NCBI GenBank assembly: GCA_905178155.1
Contig: CAJINV010000005.1
Location: forward strand, 6,936,580-7,000,579
Direction of reading: 5' to 3'
Source: Amoebophrya sp. A120
Taxonomy: Eukaryota > Protista > Dinoflagellata
DNA: 64,000 nt
This document shows positions 23,801 through 35,723 of this stretch, in pieces. Each line of letters starts with the position of its first letter. Positions within the stretch are counted from its first letter, which is position 1. The notes below the pieces were generated by a model. It was not told the origin of the DNA. It made no database searches and saw nothing but the letters and a program-made list of their open reading frames with translations. A program made the translations under genes and the position numbers.

Positions 23801-26442
23801 CGCAAAAGTAACGTACTAGTATAAATTGCAATACAAATTGACTCAGCATTTGCATTTTACTACAGATTGAATTTGTGATGCGGATTTTCCTCAGGAACTA
23901 GATTTGTAATGCATAAATGCAATTATTAGTACAACTACAAGCATTTTGCACAGGATAGGAAAGGAAAAAGTACGAAAGGGAAGAGAAGTGGAAAAGGAAG
24001 CAAGCGCAGCTACGGACGAGTAGTGCAGCAGCTTCAGGGTATAATGTTGGTGGGGGAAGAACAACCTCTAATGCAACCGGAGGCTATGATACTTTGCGAG
24101 GAGATCATGGCGGGTATGGTGGAGCTGGATCAACAGGTACATCAAGACAGCACCACCAGCATGATGAACGACATAACAACCCTGCTTCCGCCCTCCCGCA
24201 TGAAGATGACGAATATGTGACGCCGTCCGTTGATGAAGAACTTCAACGCGCCGGCGCAGCAGTTCTTGTAGCACGTTCTTCTCCTCATCCTCAACACGCA
24301 GCCTCAACACCAGAGAATATTAAACGTGTGTCCCCACGCGGCGGGCGAGAAGACCACGACATGGAGCAAGAACAGCAAGACCACCACTACTCCACCAAGC
24401 TGGCCCACGATGTCGAAGATGTTTATTCGCAGTCGTCAGTTTCCCTGCTCTCCCCCTCCAGAACAAGGGATGTGTTGCCGAACATGAATATGAATGTCAC
24501 CGCCGAGGATGAAATAATAATAAATCCTCCGGCTAGTACTAGTAGTGCAGAAGCGCCGCCGGCGCCTCCTAGTCTCACCCCGCTAATCGAGCAAGAAGAT
24601 GAGGACATGGCTTGGGAACGAAACCGGAAGTTTTTCCTCTACTCTCTGACGCCACCGGAGATGAAAATTGTGCCGAAGAGGAACAATAATGCGAGACAAA
24701 ACCTCCAGAATGCAGTGGAAGCAGCCGGCGGACATGTTGCCCCGTCAACACCAGGTGCGAATGGTCTTCCACAAGGTGTGATCCACAGAACGGCCACTCA
24801 CCGAACCAACGGCGGCGCGGATCATTGTGTGCAGCAGACGGGCGACTCAACACGCGGGCATGATCAACAGCTACCTAGCACCACTGGCGACACAATAAAA
24901 ACCGTCAATCGCAATCGGCCTCGAAGCGGCGGACGAGGACCGCTTTGTTTAGTCAACACCGCGGAATTATAATGCACTGCAAAAGTATAATCGTACTCGT
25001 TCTGATTGCGTTTATGCATTACAAGTCTTTTTCTTGAGGCAAATCCGCATTACAAATTCAATTTGTAGTGCTAAATCAATTTGTCATGCAATTTATACTA
25101 GTACTATTCTAGTACGATATTTTTGCAGTTCATAGGAATGGTCTGAAGTGGACTCCGAGACAGCGTCGCGACCCGGGTGGCCACACGGCGAGATCCAGGC
25201 GGCCGTGGATCTCTGCTTTTGCGGCGGCGAAGTATGCATTGCAAATATGTCTGGGTCTGGATTTGTGATGCAGGACTTCAATGACAACAAGATCTGTAAT
25301 GCATGAATGCCATTCGTCTTGGCCAGTTTTTTTCTTTTGTCGTGCTGGATGGCAGTTTGTAATGCAAATGCTAAACACGAATGAATCCGCAAGGAGCTGC
25401 CGAGGGACATTTCTCATGCTGTTAGGCCGTACGAGCAGCAAGTTTGCAATGCAAGTATCAGCAATACAAGTTTCCAGACCCAGACACTTTTGCACTTGAT
25501 ACGAGGAGTGGATTGTCGATTACGGCGAAGACGCGTTTCTCGACGGCGCGCTGTGGCGCGTATCCAATTCAAAAATGTCTGGGTCTGGAAGATTACCAGA
25601 CTTGTAATGCTTTGCTGACAGGAGAGGAAGATCTGTCATGCATGTTGCGCCACCGGTCTATTTTTTTGTAATGCAAAAACGCAGTTTCTCATGCAGTTGA
25701 CGCAAGACGTAGTCGCTCAGAAACTTGTCATGCGCGGCCCCATATTGGCGTCTGCTTATGATTCGCAAACCAGCATCACAAGTTTCCAGACCCAGACACG
25801 TTTGCAATGCATAGCGCGATCCTGATCTGCGCGACGAGGAGGATCATGTGGACGATATGGAGGTAGATATTGTGCGGAAAAAGCCCCCCTCCCCTTATCG
25901 AGAAGGATATTTGTGATGCTGATTTGTGCACACAAATCAGCTCTGTCTTGCATTAGGGGCAAGTGGGAGCTTGGCGCATTCCACAGCCAATCAATCTGTG
26001 ATGCGCTTTTGCATACTGCAAAGGTGTCTGGTGCCATGCCTCACTGCTAGCCTGTCAATCAGGCTTAGGAAGTGCCTCCAAGTGCCTTGTGCAATACAGC
26101 GCTGATTTGTGTACAGATTTCCAGCAACAGAAATTTGCTTTCTGCTATGGGGTGGGGGCTTTTTCCACTTTGATAGTAGAAGACCACCAGGACGACCGCG
26201 GCGAGGACCACGAGGGTGATAATCTTTATGCGGAAGACGACGACGAAGAATTATTGCACAGCGGATCGTCATCTTCAGCGCGAGGACCTGGTGGGCAGCA
26301 ACTACTTCTTCGCAACCGAAGACACAGCTCTGACACCGAAGACGAACAGCACGTCGAGCAAAGCTCGTCCCAGCGAGATCGTCGTAACAAGCCACGAGAT
26401 GATGGCCACCACGACCCACGCAACGATGAATTCGACGTATGA
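8893..26442 (+). CDS. Giant low-complexity hypothetical protein (~3,850 aa) interrupted by 23 introner elements
   Basis: ORF pieces at 8893, 11799, 14010, 14949, 15489, 16193, 17613, 20111, 22339, 24094 and 26089 join in frame across every element. Span minus removed sequence is 11,541 nt, a multiple of 3. Start codon uncertain; one hydrophobic stretch (GIVLLCVVLVPFLQLLISV). Confidence 0.65.
10505..10717. mobile_element. Introner family G (TIR core AGAAAA..GTTACAGT)
   Basis: TSD GCGAC/GCGAC. Confidence 0.85.
10756..10994. mobile_element. Introner family D
   Basis: TSD GGACA/GGACC. Confidence 0.85.
11191..11497. mobile_element. Introner family C
   Basis: TSD TGATG/TGATG. Confidence 0.85.
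11636..11914. mobile_element. Introner family F
   Basis: TAT..ATG; TSD CCGGC/TCGGC; internally similar to 3428-3715. Confidence 0.8.
13228..13383. mobile_element. Introner family A
   Basis: TSD CTTCC/CCTCC. Confidence 0.85.
13481..13744. mobile_element. Introner family E
   Basis: TSD CGGGA/CGGGA. Confidence 0.85.
13786..14010. mobile_element. Introner family G (opposite orientation to 10505-10717)
   Basis: TSD TGCTG/TGCTG. Confidence 0.85.
14734..14926. mobile_element. Introner family A
   Basis: TSD GGTAG/GGTAG. Confidence 0.85.
15273..15534. mobile_element. Introner family E
   Basis: TSD TCCTG/TCCTG. Confidence 0.85.
15578..15686. mobile_element. Minimal introner (family F-like) with a perfect 30-bp TIR
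   Basis: TATCCAGGAAAAAACACCCATCCCCATCCA and its exact reverse complement; TSD GGAGG/GGAGG. Confidence 0.9.
16192..16452. mobile_element. Introner family E (close copy of 15273-15534)
   Basis: TSD TAACC/TAATC. Confidence 0.85.
17331..17593. mobile_element. Introner family E
   Basis: TSD GGGGT/GGGGT. Confidence 0.85.
18186..18411. mobile_element. Introner family D
   Basis: TSD ACGAA/ACGAA. Confidence 0.85.
18636..18789. mobile_element. Introner family A
   Basis: TSD GTCGA/GTCGA. Confidence 0.85.
18935..19196. mobile_element. Introner family E (opposite orientation to 15273 and 16192 copies)
   Basis: TSD TCGGC/TCGGC. Confidence 0.85.
19221..20156. mobile_element. Introner family A expanded to 936 bp by a nested insertion
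   Basis: TSD CCTCG/CCTCG; both termini intact. Confidence 0.85.
19249..20030. mobile_element. ~780-bp GC-rich insertion nested in the left TIR of introner 19221-20156
   Basis: Splits the family A TIR (CACTAGTA|...|GTAATTGC); arrays of GAGAGG and CCTCTC; ends in an AT-rich tail (AATATAATATA). Confidence 0.7.
22201..22425. mobile_element. Introner family D
   Basis: TSD GGTGG/GGTGG. Confidence 0.85.
23381..23539. mobile_element. Introner family A
   Basis: TAC..ATA; TSD GGTGA/AGTGA. Confidence 0.8.
23794..23957. mobile_element. Introner family A
   Basis: TSD GGAAA/GGAAA. Confidence 0.85.
24968..25134. mobile_element. Introner family A
   Basis: TSD GGAAT/GGAAT. Confidence 0.85.
25233..25501. 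mobile_element. Introner family E
   Basis: TSD CGAAG/CGAGG. Confidence 0.85.
25561..25813. mobile_element. Introner family E
   Basis: TSD GCGCG/GCGCG. Confidence 0.85.
25868..26175. mobile_element. Introner family F-like
   Basis: TIR core GGAAAAAGCCCCC; TSD GTAGA/GTAGA. Confidence 0.85.
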
Positions 26443-28104
26443 AGGGAAAAAAATTGCTAGCAATTTTTAAACCCTGAGGCTGCTACACAATCTCTCACCA
26501 GAGCGAAACGACTAATCAAGGACTTGCTCCTTCGCCCTCAGCAGGTCGCTCCGGGTGCTTTGCAGTTGATTTGGCCACAAATCGCAGAGTGGCGAAAAAT
26601 CATACGAATTACGTAATCGGGGTTGTACTTTTTGAGGACGGAGAAAAATCGGCGAGCGACCACGACGAGGACGTAATACGGAGAGCACATTTCGTTTGCT
26701 TACAGCGACATGCATGTTGAAAAACAACAAGTCAAATGTGTAATTGACAAAACTCATTCTGAAAAAAGTCGTGTGGCTAGCAGCGGGTTGCCTTCTTTTT
26801 GATACCACGCAGAACATCAAGCTGGTGGTCCCGACGATCGGTTCCTGGGCGCCTGAAAATCTGACCAACCTCCAGGCGAACTGTGACAGCGGATAGGGTG
26901 GGCAAAAAACCACCTTCTGTGCCAGTAGTACTTATGAATAGGGCGTTCTGAAGATGAGGGACGATTCGTTCTCATCAGGATTTCACTCGTTTATACATAA
27001 TAGAAACTGCACGTGTACTTTAAAAACTTTCTACACATCAATCATTTTCATCACACTAAACCTAACTTCTTCCAGTACGCACTAGGTCAATAGTTATTAT
27101 TCTATTTCATATGTGCAGCAACTCTAACTCACCTCAAGTTCATCTAGGAAGCTGCTCAGTACTATTATTTTTTTCTATAGATACAGGCAGATAAAGATAT
27201 TATACTAGAGAATCCCAAGGTAGAAGTTGTGGTTACTGTTTCATTCTGTTCTTGGCTGCGCGACGGTGACATCCACATCACAAGTTGCCGGAGCTTCAAG
27301 GTGTAAGAACACACTCAAACTATCCCAGGACGTTGAGGGCCGTAGCTCATAGTGTCTTGAGGTTGCTGTGTCCTCGTATCATCGATAAGCGCTACGAAAA
27401 ATTCTATTTCGATGCAGTTTGCAGTACCTTAATACTGCTTTTTCTGTATAGTAAGTAAACAAAAACCGTATCCAAAGAGGAGCGACGTGTATCATTGTCG
27501 CCATTATTTGACTTGAAAAATAAGTTTGCAGTCCGTCGCGATAGAAGTAGCCACTACTTAGAGGCGATTTTTTTTTGCAGTAGTATATCCAAGTTGAGTC
27601 AAAATTAAAAAAAAGGTTGATTTCAAAAATCACAAAAATGCAGTCACCACGACAGAACAATCGATGACGGAATCCAAATTATGATTTCGCTTAAGTGATT
27701 CTTTGTTTTACGGAGAGAACCAATGATATTTTTGTTTGTTGAATTCAATCTAGTAGCTAGTCCTTACCGAGGACAGGAGACTGCTACTTAGTTGTCAGTT
27801 TCACAAAGCGCCCGGACTAGAGAGCTCGTGTTTGCAAAATGCACCGCATATTGAGATATTTTTACCGTATAATGAGATTTTCATTTTTTTTAATTTTTCC
27901 ATAACGAAAAAGTCCTCGCAGCTCAACAACACTTGCATCACCACGGATTTTTTGCTCTATCTGTGATTGACAGTACAAGTTTTTATTTTTCGCAATTCCA
28001 CATTGGAAATAACCGGCTGCAAAACCGTACTCAAATGCCATCAGGAGGTGCATTTATTTATTTGCACAAAGGCTTCGCATTTTCATTTTCTGCTAACCAC
28101 AACG

Positions 28105-28210
28105 AAAAACGAATCGCACATGTACCTGCTTCGTCTTTGTTTCAGTCTAAAAAACGAATCGCACTTTTTGCTTTTGTTACTTCGTCTTCATTCAAAAAAA
28201 CGAATCGCAC
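28105..28210. repeat. Short intergenic tandem repeat (~45-bp period)
   Basis: AAAAACGAATCGCAC three times. Confidence 0.6.
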
Positions 28211-30425
28211 CTTTTGCTTTTGTTACTACCTACTACTTGTACTTTCTGTTTCTATACTAAAGATCATCTGCACGCGCCAGTGCCTCGAGCAAAAGAAGAG
28301 ACAACATCATAGGAAAATTAAAACCACTTGACCTAGAAGTAGTGCAGCATGGTCTACTTGGTAGGCAGCTCCATTAGCGGTAGCGCAGCACAGAAGATTT
28401 ATTCCATGAGCTTTCTGCTCAGAAGGTAAGTCTCACAGCGGCCCCTGTAGGTCCTGCTGGTTGTACGTTGCAGTTTGCTAAGAGCTGCACCAGTGGTCGT
28501 TTTCTCTGCTATTTCGAACTACGGTGAAGATTTCGATTTTCCATTTTCATTCTATTCGTCTTTTCGGACAGCAGCCTGCAGCTGCAACCGCAACTACAAG
28601 CAAAACCTGTACAAACTTCGGCGAGGCACTACAGGTGAGACACTGATAATACAGAGTTTCTGCTTGTTGCACTGATAACTTTAATTGTACTTCTTGAAAA
28701 TACCCATTCCTGCAAAGGTGCTCAGTCGATTGAAAGCTCTCTTTAGAATGGAATTACCGCAAACAGAGGACACGCACACGCACTGAGATTTTTGCACCTG
28801 ATCTTGATGACGAGCTGCGCAACTCTCGCAGCGACTCGTAAGGTTATATTATCAATCTTTACAGCGAGCCGCGCAACCCCAACCCCCGCAGCGACTCGTC
28901 AGGTTTTTATGGTTTTGGTCCTTGTCTACCCGGCGACTCGTCTCCAATTACTTCTCATGCCGGATTTGATATTTTTTATTTTTACAACGAAAGAGAACTA
29001 CCTAATAGAAATGTAGCAACAGAATTGTGAATCCTATAATTCGTTGAAAAACTATCGCATATAGCTATAAAAACATGATGTGTGCAACGCAGATTCACTC
29101 TCCATAGGAGACCGATCAGCTGCGCACGTCTGTGGTCAGAATAAGGATTGAAAATACAAATACATTGACATAGTGACAGTGTTGTACTATATACAAGAAG
29201 AACTTTAGTAGAACGAGGATGGGAACAATTATGTCTGCTCTGCTCAGGGTCAAACACAAAGACAAGAAGTGTTAACAAATTTAGAGCAGCTTCAGGTTGT
29301 ATTTCATCATCGATCTACTAGTGGCTGATAACATGTACATGAAGAAGTTTTTTTCGCACAGAAGCAGAACCAACATGAACTCTACGCACTGATAAGATGC
29401 CCGCCCCTTTGTTTCTAGTTGTACTTCTATATGGACATTCAAGAACGTCGACGACCACACGACTGTTCTAGACAGTAGAGTCGGATGACGTCTCAGTCTT
29501 CACCACTTTGATGGCAGCGCTCTCTTGTGACAGACTAAAGGCAGTATCATGTTTAGAAGATTAAATGCGCAGCAAAAGAAGTCCTCCTTCATGCTCATGG
29601 CGCGATGTGCACTTTTGCTGCTAAAAAACAAAGGGACGAGGACCACTGCATCACGATGTTGGGCCTGCTTCGAGGACGAAGGCTGTAAAAAGGATATCGA
29701 TCATATTTTTAAAAGATTGAAAAACGACACCGCATAAAGATAAAGATGTAGTTGCTGTTCTTGGCAGACTGTGACAGTAACTGACTGAGCAGGGCTTTGC
29801 TGGATAGAAGGATGCAATCAGGCGGAGGAGGTGGACGTTGTCGCACTAGTCCTCCTGATGTTCTTCAGACTGACTTTGATATTTGCCAATTTAGTAGTAC
29901 TCTATCTCGCGGCCCTGCTGCATGAACCAGGAAATGTTGTAAAAGAATTCAGATTCGTCGAAAACAACTGTATGACGATGACCGGAAGTACCTACTAGGG
30001 CTATAGCTATTGCGATTCAGGATCTCGATCTATTTATCCATCGCAAAGCCACCTTTATCTAGACCACTTTGGAGGCGCGGAACAAGAAAAGGATCCGTAT
30101 AAAACAAGACACACGCGACCTTGTTGCTGTAGTAAGTATTTCACTGGATGATCCCGAAAGGAAGTTGAATGGACTCGTTTTTTATCACGACCACACAGCG
30201 GCAGCAACTTGTATACGAATTATCTTATCTACCTAAACCTATCAAGAAATATTTTTCATCCATCGCGGGTTCCTTGGAGGTACTACAGGTAGATAGAAGG
30301 AAGCCGCGCCGAAGTAGAAGAAGTAAAGCGTAGTCATATCATGTAGCGACGAATAAACTCGAAATCCGCATCAGCCGAAATAAAGGATTCGAATCTATTT
30401 CTAGGAAAAACATTATCTCCCCAAG

Positions 30426-33400
30426 ATGGTGGGCGGAGGCGTTCCCCCGGCGGTCCAACAGGTCTACAAGGACTTCGACGCTGCTTACAAGAAAAACGAC
30501 CTGGTCCAAACGGAGCAATTGCTGACAAAAGTAAAACTCGAACTCGCAAAACTGCAGGGGAATCAGCTCTTGTTGGAGAAGCAGGATGCTAAGGTATGGT
30601 GCAGCACCAGACAGTCTTGCTGAAATTTGTGTTGCGGAAGCGGCTGTAGAAAAGCACACTTGAAATTGTACATTTGCATGACAAAACAACAATTAAAAAA
30701 CACGTACAGGTCCTCGAGCTCTGCAGGGAGGTATACGAGAAGGGAGCATTTTTGAGCATCAAGCGCAACGACCCCCTGGCGTTTGAGAGAAACGTATACA
30801 TAGGGAAATTTTTTTCCTGATGATGCTCTTGCTCAATTGATGTGCATCACAAACGCCTGCTTCCAATAATAGATCTACCGCTAGTACAACACATCGATGA
30901 CAAACTTTCCATGGCCATCATGCTCTTCGATACATAAAATCGAAATACACAATCGTCTATATCAGGTGAAGCAGCTGAAGATTTACTACCGAGATTTCGA
31001 AAAATCTATCCCGTCAAAATCTTCCAACGAGTACAAAATACTCGGCCTCTATCTGCTCTCCTTGGTCTGCAGCGACAGAATATCCGAGTTCCACACAGAA
31101 CTCGAACTGATTCAGCAGCACGACTCCCAGTTTATCCAACGACCGGTCTTGTTGGAGCGGTACCTGTATCCTGTACAAAAGTATCGTACTCGTAGTAATT
31201 GCAGTTCTGCATTACAAATTTTTTTCTCAAGGTAAACTAGCATTACAAATTGAATTTGTAATGCTGGGCTAATTTGTAATGCAATTTATGCTAGTACGAT
31301 ACTTTTGCATTGCATAATCTGATGGAGGGAAACTTCGCGAAAATAAACCAGTTCGCGTCCGAATTCTCGTCGCAAGAGCACTACCCGGTTTTTCTGGAAC
31401 AGTTGCAGCAGATATGAGAGTGCACAACTCCCCCTCCCCCTCATTTGTAATGCAAAATCCGAAATTCTGTCGTTGCGTTCTGGCACGGTTTGCATGACAA
31501 ATCTCGGAAGTAGCCCAAACAGTACTTCTACGTTAGGCACATCGACTTGTCATGCAAAGGCTCCACTTGCTGGGTCGGTGTCTGTGTTGCTGTTCATGCC
31601 ATACAAATGAGGAGGCGGGGGGATGTGCACTGTCATAGCAGACCATGAGACGAAGAATATTGGAATCATTGGCAAAGGCGAGCAGCGAGGTATAAGGAAG
31701 GAGGTTTTTTTTCTTCGAGTTCGCAGCTTCTTGTGATGCAAAACTACTCATGACAAAGAATATTTGCCATGCCGGACACCTACTACACAACCAAAAACTT
31801 GAACAGATTTCCCTCGACCGCGTCGCGAAGATGCTCTACATGAGCAACGTCAGCGAAGTTTCTGGGTTTTTGAAGAAAATGCAGGAAGAGGTATTGAGTT
31901 TTGTGCATGACAGACCACCTCCGACGTGCCATTCTGTTTTGTTGAATTTGTGATGCATACGTCGCTTGGAAAAGTGAATTTGTCATGTATAGAACAACTA
32001 TAAACTTAAATATGGAACGTAGGTGTACTACCGCTACCGGGTTATTCGATGTACTACCGGGTTAGTCAAGGTGCTCCAAATTTGAAAAGTCAAGGCCAGC
32101 GCAAAAAAAAAGCCAAGGTCGGGAAATCCGTTGTCGAGGTTTTGTCGCGTTTTGGCCCCTGTTGTGCTTCGCATGCAAAGCACCGCCAGCGCGGGCCGAA
32201 GGGCTAGGAGCCGGCCCCTGTTGTGCTTCGCAAAGCACCGCCAGCGCGGGCCGAAGGGCTAGGAGCCGGCCCCTGTTGTGCTTCGCAAAGCACCGCCAGC
32301 GCGGGCCGAAGGGCTAGGAACCGCCGCCCGGGCGGCCAACCTTGAGGCAGAGCCAGGCCGAACGGGTTCGGTTTTGTCGCGTTTTGGCTCCTGTTGTGCT
32401 TCGCAGATCACCGCCAGCGCGGGCCGAAAGGCTGGGAACCGCCGCCCGGCCAATCTTGAGGCAGAGCCAGGCCGAACGGGTTCGGTTTTGTCGCCTTTTG
32501 GCTCGCGCTGTGCTTCGCAGATCACCGCCAGCGCGGGCCGAAGGGCGAGGAACCGCCGCCCGGCCAATCTTGAGGCCGAGCCAGGCCGAACGGGTTCGGT
32601 TTCGCGGGAGGTCTTGCCACCGTTTCGTTTTTTCCGTGCCAAAGAGGTTTTCGGGAGCGCCGTTTTTGATAGTACTACCGAGATAAGAGTCATGGACTCC
32701 ACTCGGATCGCGACAAATTTCGCGACCTCGGGAGCAGTTTGGGGGCAGTTTTTTTTGTTTTTTCATTGAGAATGCGTGTAGTATCCAGGTAGTGCAAAGA
32801 TCTGAAAACCGCCGTAGCATGGGTGTTCGGGTTTGCACTACCGCACGAAAAATAATGGGTAAAAGTCAGCCACTGCCGGAATCTGCGGGAATTAATATCC
32901 GGGCAGTGCATTGAGAAAGCAGATCGGTAGTGCAAAGCCTTAAAATCCACCGTAGCACTGGGAATATGCCTTTCACTACCGTACAAAACCGATAAGGGAA
33001 AAGCGACGCACTACCGTGGTGCCGGTTCGACGAATTTTGGTCGTCGGTTATCCCGGTAGTGCGTCGTCTTTTCGTACGGTAGTGCAACGCGTTTCCCCCA
33101 CGCTAAGGCGGTTTAGAAGTTTTTCGGCTACCGAGATAATAACTCAAAGACAAAATCAAGCGCGTCAGCTCGGATTCAACTCGGATTCGAGTCTGAACAC
33201 GTTGAAAGTCAACGCTTCCTATTGCGGTAGTGGAATGAAAAAAGTGATTACTTTTTGGCCTCAATCTCTTGGGAGGCGCTCCGCTCTCGCGCCTCTGGCC
33301 TCTGCTCTGTCTCCCCAGTCTCTTGGGGCGAGCGCTGAGGCGCCAACCAGGAAGCCGCCGGCTCGTCTTCAGACACGGTTGGCCACCCGATTTTCTCCGG

Positions 33401-34857
33401 TTGGGAGGGTCGAGGAGCGCCACAGCTCTTGACGCTGCGGGCGCGCAACTGCTCGGCGGGCTCCTCAGTCTCTTGAGTCGAGCGCCGCTCTTGGCAGCTC
33501 GCCGCAGTCTTGAGGCGAGCGCGGCGCCGCCCAGCCTCGTCAGTCTTCAGTCCGGGATAGAGTGGCGTGCTACAAAATAAAAAAACAGGCCCCTCGGGGG
33601 TCTGTTGCCGGCGGGGCGGCCGGCTCGCAGAGGTCCCCACCCGCTTCGCCGCGTCGTCGTCCGACATACAGCGGCAGGGTGGCAGTCAGCTCTGTATACT
33701 CATTAAAGCACCATCGTGCTGATAGTACTGACGTGAAAAACGGCCGGCAGTTTTCAAGGGGCGTTGCCATCAAACAAGCCCGAGCCAATTCATTCGATTC
33801 CCGATTGCTAAAACGACGCAAAGGAGCCGCCAAAAGAGACGCCCCGCCGAGGCGTCCAGCGCGACTATTTCCGTCGATTTGGACCGCCCAAAAAGGGGCG
33901 CCGGAAAATGCCAAGACGAAAAAAGCGGAAGCCGCATGGTACGGGCCCCATTTCGGTCCACTTTTGGAGGTTGCAAAGCCCGCTCGCCAAAAGCTAAACG
34001 CTGACCCGCATGCTATTGGCCAGATTTTGGGGGCCCATGGGGCCGGGCTTGGTGGAGGCCCAGGCGGGGGCATAGCATGCGGGAAAGTGTTTCGATTCAG
34101 GAGGCGGCAGGGGCGCGGCTTTTCAACAAAAAAAATCAAAGGACGCAAATCCCGCCAGAAGCAGTAGGCCAGGCCGCATGTTATGGCTGGGCCCGAAACG
34201 GTGGCAAGACCCGTAACGGGTCCAAATTGCGAGATGGGGCCAGGCGCGTAGTCCCCCGCGGATTAGGGTCCGGCGGCAAGCAGTTTTTCCGGATGAAAGG
34301 GAAGCCTTTTTTCTTTGTTTTTGAAGATGAATTTTGAAGATGATTTCCTATAAAACAACTCAAACCACAACAGAGAATGAATGCGAATGAATGCTGTAGC
34401 TAGGTAGATTGCAATATTGTGCCTGTGCTAGCTAACGACGGTGAAGCTAGGTAGATATAGACTTCGGATCTCGGCTAAGTAGCTACGTAGTTAGCGAGTC
34501 CAGTGTCCGCTTAGCGAGTCCAATGCCCGCCCGTTTCATCGGATTTCCCGACCTTGGCTTTTTTTTTACGCTGACCTTGACTTTTCAAAATTGGGGCACC
34601 TTGACTAACCCGGTAGCACATGCAATATTCCGGTAGCGGTAGTACACCTACGTTCCATATTAAACTCATGGTCAAAACTACAAACTCTTCAGGACGCTGG
34701 CGACATGATGACGGACGACACGCCAAACCAGCCACAGTGGGAAGTCGCGGGGAGTAAATTGAGGTTGACAGCCAGCAGTCGAACGGAAAGGATACCGGTC
34801 TTTGACACGTTGTCAAATGTGATTGACTACGCGACGGAGATAGAAAGGATCGTGTAG
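30426..34857 (+). CDS. RPN12: 26S proteasome regulatory subunit RPN12/PSMD8 (~279 aa)
   Basis: Exons 30426-30593, 30710-30793, 30966-31166, 31322-31412, 31643-31689, 31807-31890, 34693-34857. Motifs QLKIYY, LGLYLL..SDRISEFHTELE, LERYLMEGNF and C-terminal VIDYATEIERIV*. Confidence 0.9.
31167..31316. mobile_element. Introner family A
   Basis: TSD ACCTG/ATCTG; removal restores ERYLMEG. Confidence 0.85.
31413..31637. mobile_element. Introner family D
   Basis: TSD GCAGA/GCAGA. Confidence 0.85.
32011..34659. mobile_element. 2,649-bp TIR DNA transposon (apparently non-autonomous) in the last intron of RPN12
   Basis: ~120-bp imperfect TIRs (TATGGAACGTAGGTGTACTACCGCTACCGG... / ...CCGGTAGCGGTAGTACACCTACGTTCCATA); perfect TSD TTAAA at 32006-32010 and 34660-34664. 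Confidence 0.9.
32150..32600. repeat. GC-rich tandem repeat (114-bp period, preceded by ~59-bp partial copies) inside the TIR element
   Basis: CTTGAGGC.GAGCCAGGCCGAACGGGTTCGGTTT starts at 32341, 32455 and 32569; CACCGCCAGCGCGGGCCGAA occurs five times. Confidence 0.85.
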
Positions 34858-35723
34858 ATGAAGTCGTGTTGGGTAGTTGTGTCGGAGCGTGGTACACACC
34901 AGCTGCTGCACACGAAGATTATACTACCCCGCTTTCTTCACATCAGCACGACTGATGTCCTTTTCCTGTTCATCTTATACGCGACACAAGTTCGAATTCG
35001 ACATGGTAATTTGAAGTACGGAACACAAATTTTTCAAAGAACCATTGTAGAACCTGGACGCGGCAGCTGATGGGTGAACCAAGAAGCTGCAATTTCGACA
35101 CGGCTCCGGTTGAGAGCAGTGTCGATATCCACTTTTAACTTCGAGCTAAGGGTGCTTCCTGGCGGATGTTCTTCTCCTCAATCCAAACGCAACTTAGCTC
35201 AGTTCGCTTCATCTGGAGTGTACTAGTTGTCTGTGAAGTTGTCTTTATCTCCATCGGTGCTACATATCTTGCTCACGGTCACGTTTCTCGTTTTGGATCT
35301 TGTAGTGTGAAATTCAATCGCAAAAAAAAAAACCAAAGAGAACCGCTGCAACAAGAACGGAGTAGATCACCATAGGATCAGCTGCCCGTCGTGTGGATGA
35401 TTTCGTCATCTTTCTTTCTACGTAGTTCTTATTTGCGCATAAGAATATTTTGCACTATTCGTATTCTATTTTTTCAGGCGACATTCACACTCGGCGACAT
35501 GAAGACTTAGCTTTCTTGGAATTGGACTATTGATATTCTTGTTTTCTGCACGACCTGCTGATACAAGATGTAGTTGGGCCCGACCGCCGACTGCACAATT
35601 TTCACATCCATATATTCTTCTTCTTGAAAAATTCGATCTGCTTTACCCGCCTGCTTACGAGGACCTGATCTCAACCTGCTTCACCAGAACAACCATATAA
35701 TCCAAATCATTTTTAGTACAGCT

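Noticed and set aside
33016-34167. ORFs inside the 2.65-kb element as a transposase
   Set aside because: Short, R/A/P-rich GC-driven ORFs on both strands with no recognisable catalytic or DNA-binding motif.
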